Positions 18,571-28,496 of a DNA stretch of 64,000 nt are shown piece by piece. The stretch is taken from the NCBI GenBank assembly GCA_028692885.1, contig JAQUWM010000002.1, forward strand, positions 15,403 through 79,402, in the 5' to 3' direction. This stretch comes from Acetobacterium sp. (GTDB lineage: Bacteria > Bacillota > Clostridia > Eubacteriales > Eubacteriaceae). The translations under genes and the position numbers were made by a program. The stretch's first letter is position 1. The number at the start of each line of letters is the position of its first letter. The notes under the pieces were generated by a model. The model searched no databases. It saw only the letters and a list, made by a program, of their open reading frames with translations, and was not told the DNA's origin.

Positions 18571-18984
18571 ATGGATAGTATAAAACTGACACTGCCAACA
18601 AAACCCGAATATGTCAGCCTGGCACGGCTTACAATTGCATCAGTTGCAAACAATATGGGTTTTTCCATTGGTGATGTGGAAGATCTGAAGGTTGCCGTGT
18701 CCGAGGCGTGTACGAATGCCTTAAACCACAGTAATAATCCAGATCCAACCTATGATTTGACCTATCTTGTGGAGAGTAAGAAGTTGGTTTTTACGGTAAC
18801 AGATCGAGGCGTTGGGTTTGAACCAGAGGCAGTGGCGATGCCAGATCTTAATGGTACACAATTAGGTGGCTTTGGTTTATTTATCATCAAATCACTAATG
18901 GATAGGGTGGAAATTATTAGTGAGCGAGGATCAGGCACCTCAATTACCATGATTAAGAACCTATCGACGACCCATGAAGTATGA
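18571..18984 (+). CDS. rsbW: Anti-sigma factor kinase
   Basis: P.KPEYVSLARL, AVSEACTNA, DRGVGF, GGFGLFII. Confidence 0.9.
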   Translation: MDSIKLTLPTKPEYVSLARLTIASVANNMGFSIGDVEDLKVAVSEACTNALNHSNNPDPTYDLTYLVESKKLVFTVTDRGVGFEPEAVAMPDLNGTQLGGFGLFIIKSLMDRVEIISERGSGTSITMIKNLSTTHEV

Positions 18985-19726
18985 ACGGAAAATCAGTAAA
19001 GAAGATGTCAAAAAGTTATTTGCCGAGTACGAAGAAACAAGAGATCGCGAATTAAGAGACCTGATTATTGAAAATTATCTCTATATTCCTAAAATTCTGT
19101 CCAGAAAGTATGGGCATCGAAACGGAGATAATGAAGATATTTTTCAGGTCGCTTGCCTCGGTTTAATGTATGCGGTAGAGCGATTTGATGTCAGTAGAGG
19201 GTATGAATTTGATACCTTTGCCACGCCAACAATTATTGGTGAAATAAAACGCTATTACCGGGATCGCGAATGGCTGATCCGAATTCCAAGGAAGGTTCAG
19301 GATTTGAATCGGGAGATTAATCAAACCCGGACAACCCTGGAACATAAGCTGATGCGGTCGCCAACCATCTCTGAAATTGCCGTTTATCTGGAAATATCAG
19401 AAGAAAGCATTATCAAAGCGATGGAAAGCAGTAATGCTTATTATCCCAAATCTTTATCAATGGAATACGAAAGCAACCAGGATGGTCAGGAAGTTAGTTT
19501 GATGGATTTATTGGGAAACCGCGATTGCAACATGGAAAATGTTGAAAATATTGATCTTTTAAAGCAAAAAATTGAGGAACTTAATCCGGTTGAACGGATT
19601 ATTGTAGAACAGCGGTTCTTTCGGGGTAAAACACAGAAAGAAGTGGCCGAGTATATTAATAAATCCCAGATGACCGTATCGCGAATTGAAAAAAAAGTGA
19701 TGAAAAAAATAAAAGAGGACTTATAA
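18974..19726 (+). CDS. sigB: SigB/SigF/SigG-family sigma factor, likely SigB
   Basis: FATPTIIGEIKRYYRD, SQMTVSRIEK; overlaps rsbW. Confidence 0.82.
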   Translation: MKYERKISKEDVKKLFAEYEETRDRELRDLIIENYLYIPKILSRKYGHRNGDNEDIFQVACLGLMYAVERFDVSRGYEFDTFATPTIIGEIKRYYRDREWLIRIPRKVQDLNREINQTRTTLEHKLMRSPTISEIAVYLEISEESIIKAMESSNAYYPKSLSMEYESNQDGQEVSLMDLLGNRDCNMENVENIDLLKQKIEELNPVERIIVEQRFFRGKTQKEVAEYINKSQMTVSRIEKKVMKKIKEDL

Positions 19727-19825
19727 ATAAATCTTTTTGTGGATTATTTTATAGAAATATTATAAAATACCTTTATACCAAAAAACAATTAAATCATTGG
19801 CAAAAATAAGCGAGGGGGAAACAGC

Positions 19826-21907
19826 ATGAAAACGTATCCAACAAAGAACATCCGTAACATTCTTATACTAGGTCACGGTGGGAGCGGAAAAACAACCTTG
19901 ACTGAAGCATTGGCATTTAATGCAGGTACCGTTGATCGTATGGGAAGAATTGACGAGGGAAATACCCTATCGGACTTTGATCCAGAAGAAAAAAGACGAA
20001 AGTTTTCAATTTCTTCATCTATTATTCCTATAGAATTTGGTGGACATAAGATCAATCTTATTGATGTGCCAGGTTATTTTGATTTTATTGGGGACGCCTA
20101 TGCAGCACTTCGAGTGGCTGATGCCGTTGTTATTGTCATCGATGCATTATCAGGTGTTCAGGTTGGAACTGAAAAGGCGATTGAACTTTTAGAAAAAGCA
20201 AATATTCCGGCATTTATTGTTGTTAATAAAATGGACCGGGAAAATGCCAGTTTTGCAAAGGTTATGGACGAATTAAAAGAAACATTTGGCAACAAGGTCG
20301 TACCTTTTGAATTACCAATGGGTGAGGGCGAAGAAATGAATGGTGTTGTCAACATCGTTGATATGACCGGTAGCCAAAGAAAAGAGAACCGTTGTTTTGA
20401 TGTGGCAATAACGGACGAAATGAAAGCAGAACTGGAACCCTATCGGGATATGATCATGGAATCTGTCGCCCAGACGAGTGAGAGTCTGATGGATAAGTAT
20501 TTTGAAGGTGAAGAGTTAACCCAAAATGAAATCCATACCGGGATTCGTCAGGGAATTGATAACGGCGAATTGATACCAGTATTGTGTACATCAGCGGTAT
20601 TAAATATTGGGGTCGAAACCCTTGAAAACATGATCATCGAATATCTGCCATCACCTGGAAAAGGCAAATTTGAAATCGGGAAAGATCCCCGGGATAAAAA
20701 AGAAATTGAACGTAAATGCAGCAACAAAGAACCTTTTTCAGCATTAGTATTTAAAACTGTTGCTGACCCCTATGTTGGCAAGTTATCAATTTTTAAAGTC
20801 ATGTCAGGGATCTTGGATCATTCTGTTGAGGTATATAATGCCACCCAGGAAGTTAAAGAAAAAGCCAATCATATTTACGTATTAAGAGGTAACAAACAGA
20901 TTGAAGTTGAAAAACTGGAAGCGGGCGATATCGGGGCCTTTTCCAAGTTAAATGATACTGTCACCGGTGATACCTTAACCAGCATTAAGGCACCGATTGT
21001 TTATGATAAAATTGAATTACCAAAACCGATTATCGCCATGGCCATTGAACCGAAAACCAAGGCCGATATCGACAAACTGGCCACCGGACTGCATCGTTTG
21101 GTCGAAGAAGATCCAACCATGACGGTCAGCCGAAATAAGGAAACTAAACAAACCCTGGTGTCCGGTTTAGGAGAAATGCATCTGGAAATTATTTCTCAAA
21201 AATTGAAACAGAAATTTGGAGTTGACGTTAATCTGGTTGACATGAAGGTTCCCTACCGGGAAACGATCAAGAAAAAAGCAACCGCTGAAGGAAAACATAA
21301 AAAACAATCCGGTGGTAGTGGTCAATTTGGTCATGTCTGGATTGATTTTGAACCAGGCAATGATCCGAATGCTCCGTTTGAATTTGTGGATAAGGTTGTT
21401 GGTGGCGCCGTGCCCCGAAATTTCATCCCAGCTGTCGAAAAGGGTCTGGAAAACTGTATGATCGAAGGGGTTCTGGCTGGCTATCCGGTAACTGGTGTCA
21501 GAGCGACTTTGTACGATGGTTCCTATCATGCCGTGGATTCTGATGAGATGTCTTTTAAAATGGCCGCTACACTGGCATACCGGAAAGGGATGAAGGATGC
21601 AGCTCCAGTTATCCTCGAACCCATCTATCACATCGATATCACCGTGCCGGAAGAGTATATGGGTGATATTATGGGAGATTTGAATAAAAAACGTGGTCGC
21701 ATTATGGGAATGGATTCAGCTGGCGGCGGAAAACAGCGTGTATTAGCTGAGGCTCCACTGGCAGAAATGTTCAAATATGCTACCGAACTACGCTCGATGA
21801 CCCAGGCCAGAGGCGAATTCACAATGGAGTTTGTCCGATACGAAGAAGCCCCGATGATCATTGCCGAAAAAGTCATTGCAGCAGCACAAAAAGAAAAAGA
21901 ACAATAA
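19826..21907 (+). CDS. Elongation factor G paralog (EF-G2 type)
   Basis: Full EF-G domain layout with GHGGSGKT, RKFSI and DVPGY; not in the str operon. Confidence 0.9.
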   Translation: MKTYPTKNIRNILILGHGGSGKTTLTEALAFNAGTVDRMGRIDEGNTLSDFDPEEKRRKFSISSSIIPIEFGGHKINLIDVPGYFDFIGDAYAALRVADAVVIVIDALSGVQVGTEKAIELLEKANIPAFIVVNKMDRENASFAKVMDELKETFGNKVVPFELPMGEGEEMNGVVNIVDMTGSQRKENRCFDVAITDEMKAELEPYRDMIMESVAQTSESLMDKYFEGEELTQNEIHTGIRQGIDNGELIPVLCTSAVLNIGVETLENMIIEYLPSPGKGKFEIGKDPRDKKEIERKCSNKEPFSALVFKTVADPYVGKLSIFKVMSGILDHSVEVYNATQEVKEKANHIYVLRGNKQIEVEKLEAGDIGAFSKLNDTVTGDTLTSIKAPIVYDKIELPKPIIAMAIEPKTKADIDKLATGLHRLVEEDPTMTVSRNKETKQTLVSGLGEMHLEIISQKLKQKFGVDVNLVDMKVPYRETIKKKATAEGKHKKQSGGSGQFGHVWIDFEPGNDPNAPFEFVDKVVGGAVPRNFIPAVEKGLENCMIEGVLAGYPVTGVRATLYDGSYHAVDSDEMSFKMAATLAYRKGMKDAAPVILEPIYHIDITVPEEYMGDIMGDLNKKRGRIMGMDSAGGGKQRVLAEAPLAEMFKYATELRSMTQARGEFTMEFVRYEEAPMIIAEKVIAAAQKEKEQ

Positions 21908-21922
21908 ATATAAGTTTCAATT

Positions 21923-21949
21923 AAGGCGGGAAGAAATTCCCGCCTTTTT
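21923..21949 (+). terminator. Intrinsic terminator of the EF-G paralog
   Basis: AAGGCGGGAA-GAAA-TTCCCGCCTTTTT. Confidence 0.85.
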
Positions 21950-22205
21950 GCGTGAAGGCAACGAGCCAATCACAAGCTTGCTTGTAGTTGGCGACTGCCC
22001 GCGAACTACGATGAAGCAAAGCGGAATCGTGGTTGCGTGAAGGCAACGAGCCAATCACAAGCTCGCTTGTAGTTGGCGACTGCCCACGAACTACGATGGA
22101 GCAAAGCGGAATCGTGGTTGCGTGAAGGCAACGAGCCAATCACAAGCTTGCTTGTAGTTGGCGACTGCCCGCGAACTACGATGAAGCAAAGCGGAATCGT
22201 GGTTG
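21948..22205 (+). repeat. Three tandem copies of an 85-bp structured REP/BIME-like unit
   Basis: Units start at 21948, 22033 and 22118. Copies 1 and 3 are identical; copy 2 has 3 substitutions. Two hairpins per unit. Confidence 0.95.
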
Positions 22206-22261
22206 TTCAAATCGACAAGAGTATGTTATAATAATTCGATTAGGATACGAAGGAGCAGTCA

Positions 22262-22855
22262 ATGGAATTATTAGAAGCGAAAATCAGACAAGAAGGTCGT
22301 GTCAAAGGCCAGGGAATCCTCAAGGTGGATTCTTTCTTAAATCACCAGTTGGATGTAAAACTATTTGAAGAAATGGGGAAGGCTTTTGCCAAACGCTTTG
22401 CCGGAGAGGGAGTCAATAAAATCCTGACCATTGAGACATCGGGAATTGCCATTGCCACCAGCACGGCCAGGTATTTTGACTATTGTCCGGTGGTTTTTGG
22501 AAAAAAATACGTATCACTCAATTTAGATGAGGAAATTTATTCCAGTGATGTCTATTCCTATACCAAACAGCAGGCCTATAAAATTATGGTATCAAAAAAA
22601 TATCTCAACCCGGCGGATCGTATTTTAATAATCGATGATTTTCTGGCCAATGGCAAGGCCGTCGAAGCATTAATTGATTTAATCAATCAGGCCGGTGCCA
22701 CGCTGGTGGGTGTGGGTATTGCCATTGAAAAAGGATTTCAGGAGGGCGGGGCATTAATTCGTCAGCAGGGAATCGCGCTCGAATCATTGGCAATCATTGA
22801 TGACATGAGCGAGGAAAAAGGAATCGTATTTCGTGATCAATCAGGAAAGATGTGA
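22262..22855 (+). CDS. xpt: Xanthine phosphoribosyltransferase
   Basis: LKVDSFLNHQLD, LIIDDFLANG, IEKGFQ. Confidence 0.96.
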   Translation: MELLEAKIRQEGRVKGQGILKVDSFLNHQLDVKLFEEMGKAFAKRFAGEGVNKILTIETSGIAIATSTARYFDYCPVVFGKKYVSLNLDEEIYSSDVYSYTKQQAYKIMVSKKYLNPADRILIIDDFLANGKAVEALIDLINQAGATLVGVGIAIEKGFQEGGALIRQQGIALESLAIIDDMSEEKGIVFRDQSGKM

Positions 22856-22859
22856 GCAT

Positions 22860-23672
22860 ATGGACAATAATGGACCGATTGGGGTCATTGATTCAGGTAT
22901 CGGTGGATTTACTGTACTCAAAGCACTTCAAGACCGACTGCCCAATGAAAATTATCTCTATTTTGGTGATTCAATGCGAATGCCCTATGGTGAGCGGGAA
23001 AATGACGAGTTGATCATGCTGGCCAATACCATTATCAGCGATCTGGAAAATAGAGGGGTTAAAGCCGTGGTTTTAGCTTGTAATACCCTTTCATCCCTGA
23101 TTGTTGAACTGAGTGCCCGGGTACCGCTGTTTAGCGTCATCGAAGCTGGCGTGCAGGAAACCCTGAACTGGCGGGATCGGGGTTTGGTTGGACTGATCGC
23201 CACCACGGCCACGGTTAAAAACCGGGGCTATGAAAAGGAACTGGAGCTTTGGACGAAAGAGCTGGAGTACATTGCCCAGGGAACCCATACACTCGCCAAG
23301 GTGATTAACGATGGCCAGGGCGATTTAAAAATCCTGAAAAATAACATCAGAGAAGCAGTAGAACCGATTTTATTAAAGGGCATCAAAAGAGGAATAATCA
23401 TCGAAGAACTATTACTAGGTTGCACTCATTTTCCGATTGTGGCGGTAACCATCCGGCAGATGTATCCAGAGCTAGAGCTGATCAACCCGGCCAATGGGCT
23501 GGTCAGGCAGCTAAACAAACACCTGACTGAGTTTAACTATTTCAATACCCAAGAAGAAGTAGGCAGGACACAAATTCTCACCACTGCCGATTATGATATT
23601 TTTGAGCGGATGATCAACGAATTGGAACTTGATTGTGATTCTTTGGAGATGACTCAATTGAAATTAACATAA
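22860..23672 (+). CDS. murI: Glutamate racemase
   Basis: DSGIGG, PYG, ACNT, LGCTHFP. Confidence 0.92.
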   Translation: MDNNGPIGVIDSGIGGFTVLKALQDRLPNENYLYFGDSMRMPYGERENDELIMLANTIISDLENRGVKAVVLACNTLSSLIVELSARVPLFSVIEAGVQETLNWRDRGLVGLIATTATVKNRGYEKELELWTKELEYIAQGTHTLAKVINDGQGDLKILKNNIREAVEPILLKGIKRGIIIEELLLGCTHFPIVAVTIRQMYPELELINPANGLVRQLNKHLTEFNYFNTQEEVGRTQILTTADYDIFERMINELELDCDSLEMTQLKLT

Positions 23673-23755
23673 ACCAGTACAACGCAAAATTTTAAAACGA
23701 TTCTGGCAATTTCTATGTGTTAACGAATGAACTGCCATTAAAATAAGGAGTAAAC

Positions 23756-24766
23756 ATGACAACAGAAGCACCAGTAAAAAAAATAGTATACAGCGGCATC
23801 CAGCCATCGGGAACCTTTACCATTGGAAATTATTTTGGCGCCATGAAAAACTGGGTAACGATGCAGGAGGACTACCGCAGCCTTTTCTGCGTGGTCGATC
23901 TTCATGCCATCACGATGCCCCAAAACCCGGCCGATCTGCGTAGGCGGACCTATGAATCGATTGCTCTGCTGTTAGCCCTGGGCATTGATCCGGAAAAATC
24001 GATTCTTTATGTTCAATCGATGGTGCCGGAGCATTCGGAACTGGCCTGGATTTTAAATTGTTCAACCTATATGGGCGAACTCAGCCGGATGACCCAGTTC
24101 AAAGATAAATCCCAAAAACAGGGTGAAAACATCCGGGTTGGTCTTTTTGACTATCCGGTGCTGATGGCCGCAGATATTCTTCTTTATCAAACTGATTTAG
24201 TTCCGGTCGGCAATGATCAGCGCCAACATGTAGAACTGGCCCGGGATATTGCCATTCGTTTTAATCAGAATTTTGGCAATGTCTTTAAGGTACCGGAAGC
24301 TTATTTTGGCGAGTCCGGGGCGCGCATTATGAGTCTTCAGGAACCGGAGCGGAAAATGTCCAAGTCGGATGAAAATGCCAATGCCTTTATCTCATTACTG
24401 GACGACTCTAAAACCATTGTCAAAAAGTTTAAACGGGCGGTCACTGACTCGGATATGGCCGTTTATCATAATCGCGAAGAAAAACCTGGGGTTTCCAATT
24501 TAATGGAAATCTATTCCTGTGCCACCGGAAAAAGCCTGGATGAAATCACCCGGGAATTTGATGGCAAGGGCTATGGCGATTTCAAGTTGGCCGTCGGCGA
24601 AACCGTCGCCGATACGCTGTTGCCGGTTCAAAACGAGTATCACCGGCTGTTGGGTGAGAAGGCCTATCTGGAACAGATCATGCATGTTCATGCCGAAAAG
24701 GCTTCCCAGATTGCCTGGCGAACCCTGTCAAAGGTGCGCAAAAAAGTAGGTTTTGTGACCGTGTAA
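23756..24766 (+). CDS. trpS: Tryptophanyl-tRNA synthetase
   Basis: SGIQPSG, TIGN, YPVLMAADIL, KMSKS. Confidence 0.97.
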   Translation: MTTEAPVKKIVYSGIQPSGTFTIGNYFGAMKNWVTMQEDYRSLFCVVDLHAITMPQNPADLRRRTYESIALLLALGIDPEKSILYVQSMVPEHSELAWILNCSTYMGELSRMTQFKDKSQKQGENIRVGLFDYPVLMAADILLYQTDLVPVGNDQRQHVELARDIAIRFNQNFGNVFKVPEAYFGESGARIMSLQEPERKMSKSDENANAFISLLDDSKTIVKKFKRAVTDSDMAVYHNREEKPGVSNLMEIYSCATGKSLDEITREFDGKGYGDFKLAVGETVADTLLPVQNEYHRLLGEKAYLEQIMHVHAEKASQIAWRTLSKVRKKVGFVTV

Positions 24767-24822
24767 TAAGAGTTTGGCGTAATGCTACCGTACCGACCAA
24801 TTGTTAATCTGTTGAATGCGCA

Positions 24823-24910
24823 CAATACGAAATTCGCTTTGCTCCTTTCGTATTGGTCGCGGGCAGTCACCAACTACAAGCAAGCTTGTGATTGGCTCGT
24901 TGCCTTCGCG
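24823..24910 (-). repeat. Single inverted copy of the 85-bp repeat family
   Basis: Reverse complement reads GAAGGCAACGAGCCAATCACAAGCTTGCTTGTAGTTGGTGACTGCCCGCGA then CAATACGAAA-GGAGCAAAGCGAA-TTTCGTATTG. Confidence 0.92.
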
Positions 24911-25115
24911 AAAATTCGTACAGTTGCATTTACAGGCTAGACCAATTTAGGCGTTTGCACGCAACTGTTCGCCTTGAGGCACACAACATGATATAACAAT
25001 TGTCGGTACTACGTTGTTCTTTAGTGACAGTTTTGATCACCATCTTTAAAAAAGGATGGTGATTTTTTAAAATAGCGGATAATGCGTGATGTGAAAATTC
25101 AGAAAGGAAAAACGG

Positions 25116-28100
25116 ATGGGAATTACAATGATCGTGGGCCGGCAATCACAGGTTTTGAGTGAGACGGTCTATCACCAGATCGGAACGGCGCTGGATGCGG
25201 GCAAAGAAAAACTTTATTTAATGGTTCCGGAACAGTTTACCCTGGGTGCTGAAGAAGCGCTGATTAAGGCCAATCGGTTGGCAGGCCTGCTGAACGTGGA
25301 AGTACTGAGTCCCAAACGACTGGGTAATCGGGTACTCCAGGAAACTGGTGGGCTTACCAAGACCTATATGGATAGCCACGGGAAAAATATGCTGCTTCAG
25401 AAAACCCTGGGGGACATTCAGGAACAATTGACTATTTATCGTTCTAGCGTTAAAAAGCCTGGTTTTCTTGCGAGTATTTCAGATTTGATTGGTGAACTCA
25501 AACAGAATGAGATTACCCCGGAAAATTTGGATGAAACTAGAAAGACCTTGAATCAGGGAATCATGACCCAAAAATTGGGAGATGTCGTTAAAATCTATAC
25601 TCATTTTCAGGAATTGTTGGGAAATGACCGCAAAGATGAAGAAGACTTTCGCAATTTTGTCTGCGAAAAAATACCAACGGCAGAATTTCTGCAAAATAGT
25701 GAAATCTGGATCGATGGTTTTCAGAATTTCTCAGCTCAGGATTATCGTATGATTGGAAATCTGGTGGAAACGGTCAAAGAAATCCATATTGCCCTGCCCT
25801 GGGACCCGGATCCATCAGCACGGGATCAGGAAGTTTTTCAATTAACGGCCAATACTATGGATGCGATCAAAGAAATTGGTGCCAGAGCAGGAGTTTCATA
25901 TAAACTGGAAAAAATATCGAAAAAAAATCTTCAAAATCAACAAAATGAGCAAAAACAAAAAAGTCCGGAGCTTGCCCATCTGGAGGCCAATCTCTTTGCT
26001 TATCCACGGATGGAATACCAAGAAGCGGTCAATCAAATCAGTCTGACCCAATGTCAGAATACCTGGGAAGAGGTAGAAATGGGCGCCCGCAAGATTCTTG
26101 CGTTGATTCGGGAAGAAAAGCTGTCCTTTCGGGATATGGTGGTTCTGGCCGGCGATCTGGAAGAGTATGGGAGTATTATCAAGCGTATTTTTGCCCAGTA
26201 TCAGATCCCCTTTTTTATGGATGATCTGCGCGCCATCGGGGATAATCATCTGGTCGAAGCAGTCGTGACCGCTTTGGAAGCGATCCAGAATAATTACCGC
26301 TTTGATGATATTTTTGGTTTTGTTAAAACCGGATTTTCACCGATTACCCTGTCAGAATGCGAAGATCTGGAAAATTATGCTTTGGAGTTTGGCATCCGGG
26401 GTAAACAATGGGACCAGGAATTTACTAAAATCAGCCAGAATCCAGCCTTGGATCTGGACAGTCTTAATGAGCGGCGGCTTAAACTGATCACCCCGCTGAT
26501 CCAGCTCAAAGCGGAACTGAAGGCTGGCCAAACCTGCCAGGATTATACCCGAGCCCTCTATGAATTTCTGGTAACGATCAAAATCCCGGAAAAAATTGAA
26601 GCCCTGGTGGAACAGCTGTCAGAATCCGGTAATTATGAAGCGATGGAAATTTACCACCAGATCTGGAATATTCTGATGGAAGTTTTTGATCAGATTGTCG
26701 AAACGATGGGAAATGATGAAACGACCAGCGCAGAATACCTGCGGATTTTAAAAAGTGGCTTTCAGGGTTATCGTCTGGGAATCATCCCGCCCTATCGGGA
26801 TTATGTCAGCATCATCGATTTACGACGGAGCCGCAGCTCGGCCTTTGAGGTACTGATTGTTTTTGGTTTAAACGAAGGGAAAATCCCCGGTGGCGGCAGC
26901 GAACCGAACCTTTTTTCCGATCTGGAACGGCAGATTCTCGGCGCTCATCAGATCCGACTGCAAAACAATCGCAGTTTTCAAATGGATCAGGAACGGTTTC
27001 TGGTTTATGATCTGTTATCCAAACCTAAATCCCGGTTGGCTCTCCATTGGGCTCTCGCCGATATGGAAGGCAACAGCCGGCAGCCCAGCATTCTGCTTAG
27101 CCAGATTCTGGGAATCTTTCCGAGGATTGAGATCTTATCAACCCTGAATGACGGAGTGGCGGCATTCTGGAATACCCTCAGCACCCCCGATGCGACCCTC
27201 TGGCATCTGGTCAGTCATCTTCGCGATCGTCAGTCTGAGGTCGGTTCGACCCAGCAGCTGGAAGAGGCCCTGTGGGCAGAGGTGCAAGACTGGTATCAAA
27301 ACAATCCGGATTACCAACAAATGATCAGCAATCTGACTGAGGCTCTGAACTATGCCGGGGTTTCCCAGGCTATGACCGGGACCGAGGCCGCCGTTCTTTA
27401 CGGCAAAAACCTGCGAACTAGCATTACCCGCTTGGAAACCCACCGCCAATGCCCCTTTTCCCATTATGTCAGATACGGCTTAAAACCCCAGAGTCGACCG
27501 ATTTATAATATTGCCGCCCCAGAAATTGGGACCCTGCTCCATGAACTGATCGACGGCTTTTTCCGGGAAGTTTATGACCAAAAACTGGATCTGCGCACTC
27601 TGCCCAAAAATCAGCGGGATACCCTGCTGGAAGGGGTGATGGAAAGCTGTCTGCCGCAGATAAAAACCAATGTTTTTAACAGCACTGGACAAAATCAGTA
27701 CCTGGGGAAAAAACTGGAACGGGTCGGAAAAAAGTCGATTGATATCCTGGTGCAACAACTATGTGCCGGGGATTTTGAACCCCAGGCCACCGAGTTCTGC
27801 TTTGAACAGGAGTTAAGCCTGCCAGATGCAAAGTTGGGGGAAGTGAAGATCTATGGCAAGATTGACCGGTTGGATCTCTATGAAAAAGACGGTCATACCT
27901 GGGTCAAGGTCATCGATTATAAAACGGGCAGTAAGAAATTGGCTTATGACGATATCTATTATGGCCTTTCGCTCCAATTGCTGGTGTATCTCGATGGGGC
28001 CATGACCGTTATTGATGCCGAGGATATCCTGCCGGGGGGGACCTTCTACTTCTATGTCGATGACCCGATGCCGCGGTTGGATTTTGGCGAGAATGTTCAG

Positions 28101-28496
28101 GCGGCCATCAATAAGTCCTTTAAACTTAATGGTCTGCTCCTCGATGACGAAATGGTTATCGCTGCCATGGATCATGACGCTGATACTAAAACATCGGATA
28201 TTTTGCCGGTTTATCGGTCGGAATTTAAGCTAAGTCGGGAAGAATTTGAGGGCATTATCGACTATGTCCGAAAAACCGTGGTTCGTCAGATCAAAAGCAT
28301 TTATGAGGGTGATATTAAAGTTAGGCCTTTTAAAAAAGGCCATGACTATGCCTGTCAGTATTGTGATTACAAGGGCATCTGCCAGTTTGATGACGCGATC
28401 ACCCGGGGTGGTTATGAGGTGCTGAAAGCGGCGATGAAGAAAGACCAGTTTTTTACATTAATTCAGGAAGGAGAAAGCGATGAAATGGACCAGTGA
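25116..28496 (+). CDS. addB: ATP-dependent helicase/nuclease subunit B
   Basis: VPEQFT, CPF, GKIDRLD, IDYKTG, CQYCDYKGIC Fe-S cysteines. Confidence 0.93.
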   Translation: MGITMIVGRQSQVLSETVYHQIGTALDAGKEKLYLMVPEQFTLGAEEALIKANRLAGLLNVEVLSPKRLGNRVLQETGGLTKTYMDSHGKNMLLQKTLGDIQEQLTIYRSSVKKPGFLASISDLIGELKQNEITPENLDETRKTLNQGIMTQKLGDVVKIYTHFQELLGNDRKDEEDFRNFVCEKIPTAEFLQNSEIWIDGFQNFSAQDYRMIGNLVETVKEIHIALPWDPDPSARDQEVFQLTANTMDAIKEIGARAGVSYKLEKISKKNLQNQQNEQKQKSPELAHLEANLFAYPRMEYQEAVNQISLTQCQNTWEEVEMGARKILALIREEKLSFRDMVVLAGDLEEYGSIIKRIFAQYQIPFFMDDLRAIGDNHLVEAVVTALEAIQNNYRFDDIFGFVKTGFSPITLSECEDLENYALEFGIRGKQWDQEFTKISQNPALDLDSLNERRLKLITPLIQLKAELKAGQTCQDYTRALYEFLVTIKIPEKIEALVEQLSESGNYEAMEIYHQIWNILMEVFDQIVETMGNDETTSAEYLRILKSGFQGYRLGIIPPYRDYVSIIDLRRSRSSAFEVLIVFGLNEGKIPGGGSEPNLFSDLERQILGAHQIRLQNNRSFQMDQERFLVYDLLSKPKSRLALHWALADMEGNSRQPSILLSQILGIFPRIEILSTLNDGVAAFWNTLSTPDATLWHLVSHLRDRQSEVGSTQQLEEALWAEVQDWYQNNPDYQQMISNLTEALNYAGVSQAMTGTEAAVLYGKNLRTSITRLETHRQCPFSHYVRYGLKPQSRPIYNIAAPEIGTLLHELIDGFFREVYDQKLDLRTLPKNQRDTLLEGVMESCLPQIKTNVFNSTGQNQYLGKKLERVGKKSIDILVQQLCAGDFEPQATEFCFEQELSLPDAKLGEVKIYGKIDRLDLYEKDGHTWVKVIDYKTGSKKLAYDDIYYGLSLQLLVYLDGAMTVIDAEDILPGGTFYFYVDDPMPRLDFGENVQAAINKSFKLNGLLLDDEMVIAAMDHDADTKTSDILPVYRSEFKLSREEFEGIIDYVRKTVVRQIKSIYEGDIKVRPFKKGHDYACQYCDYKGICQFDDAITRGGYEVLKAAMKKDQFFTLIQEGESDEMDQ

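Noticed and set aside
21921-22139. ORF within the tandem repeat
   Set aside because: The 85-bp period is not a multiple of 3, there is no RBS, and the product is not protein-like.
21948-22205. CRISPR array
   Set aside because: The would-be spacers are near-identical, the repeat is too long, no cas genes are present, and an isolated inverted copy exists elsewhere.
23673-23755. T-box leader for trpS
   Set aside because: Only 83 bp are available and no T-box motif is present.
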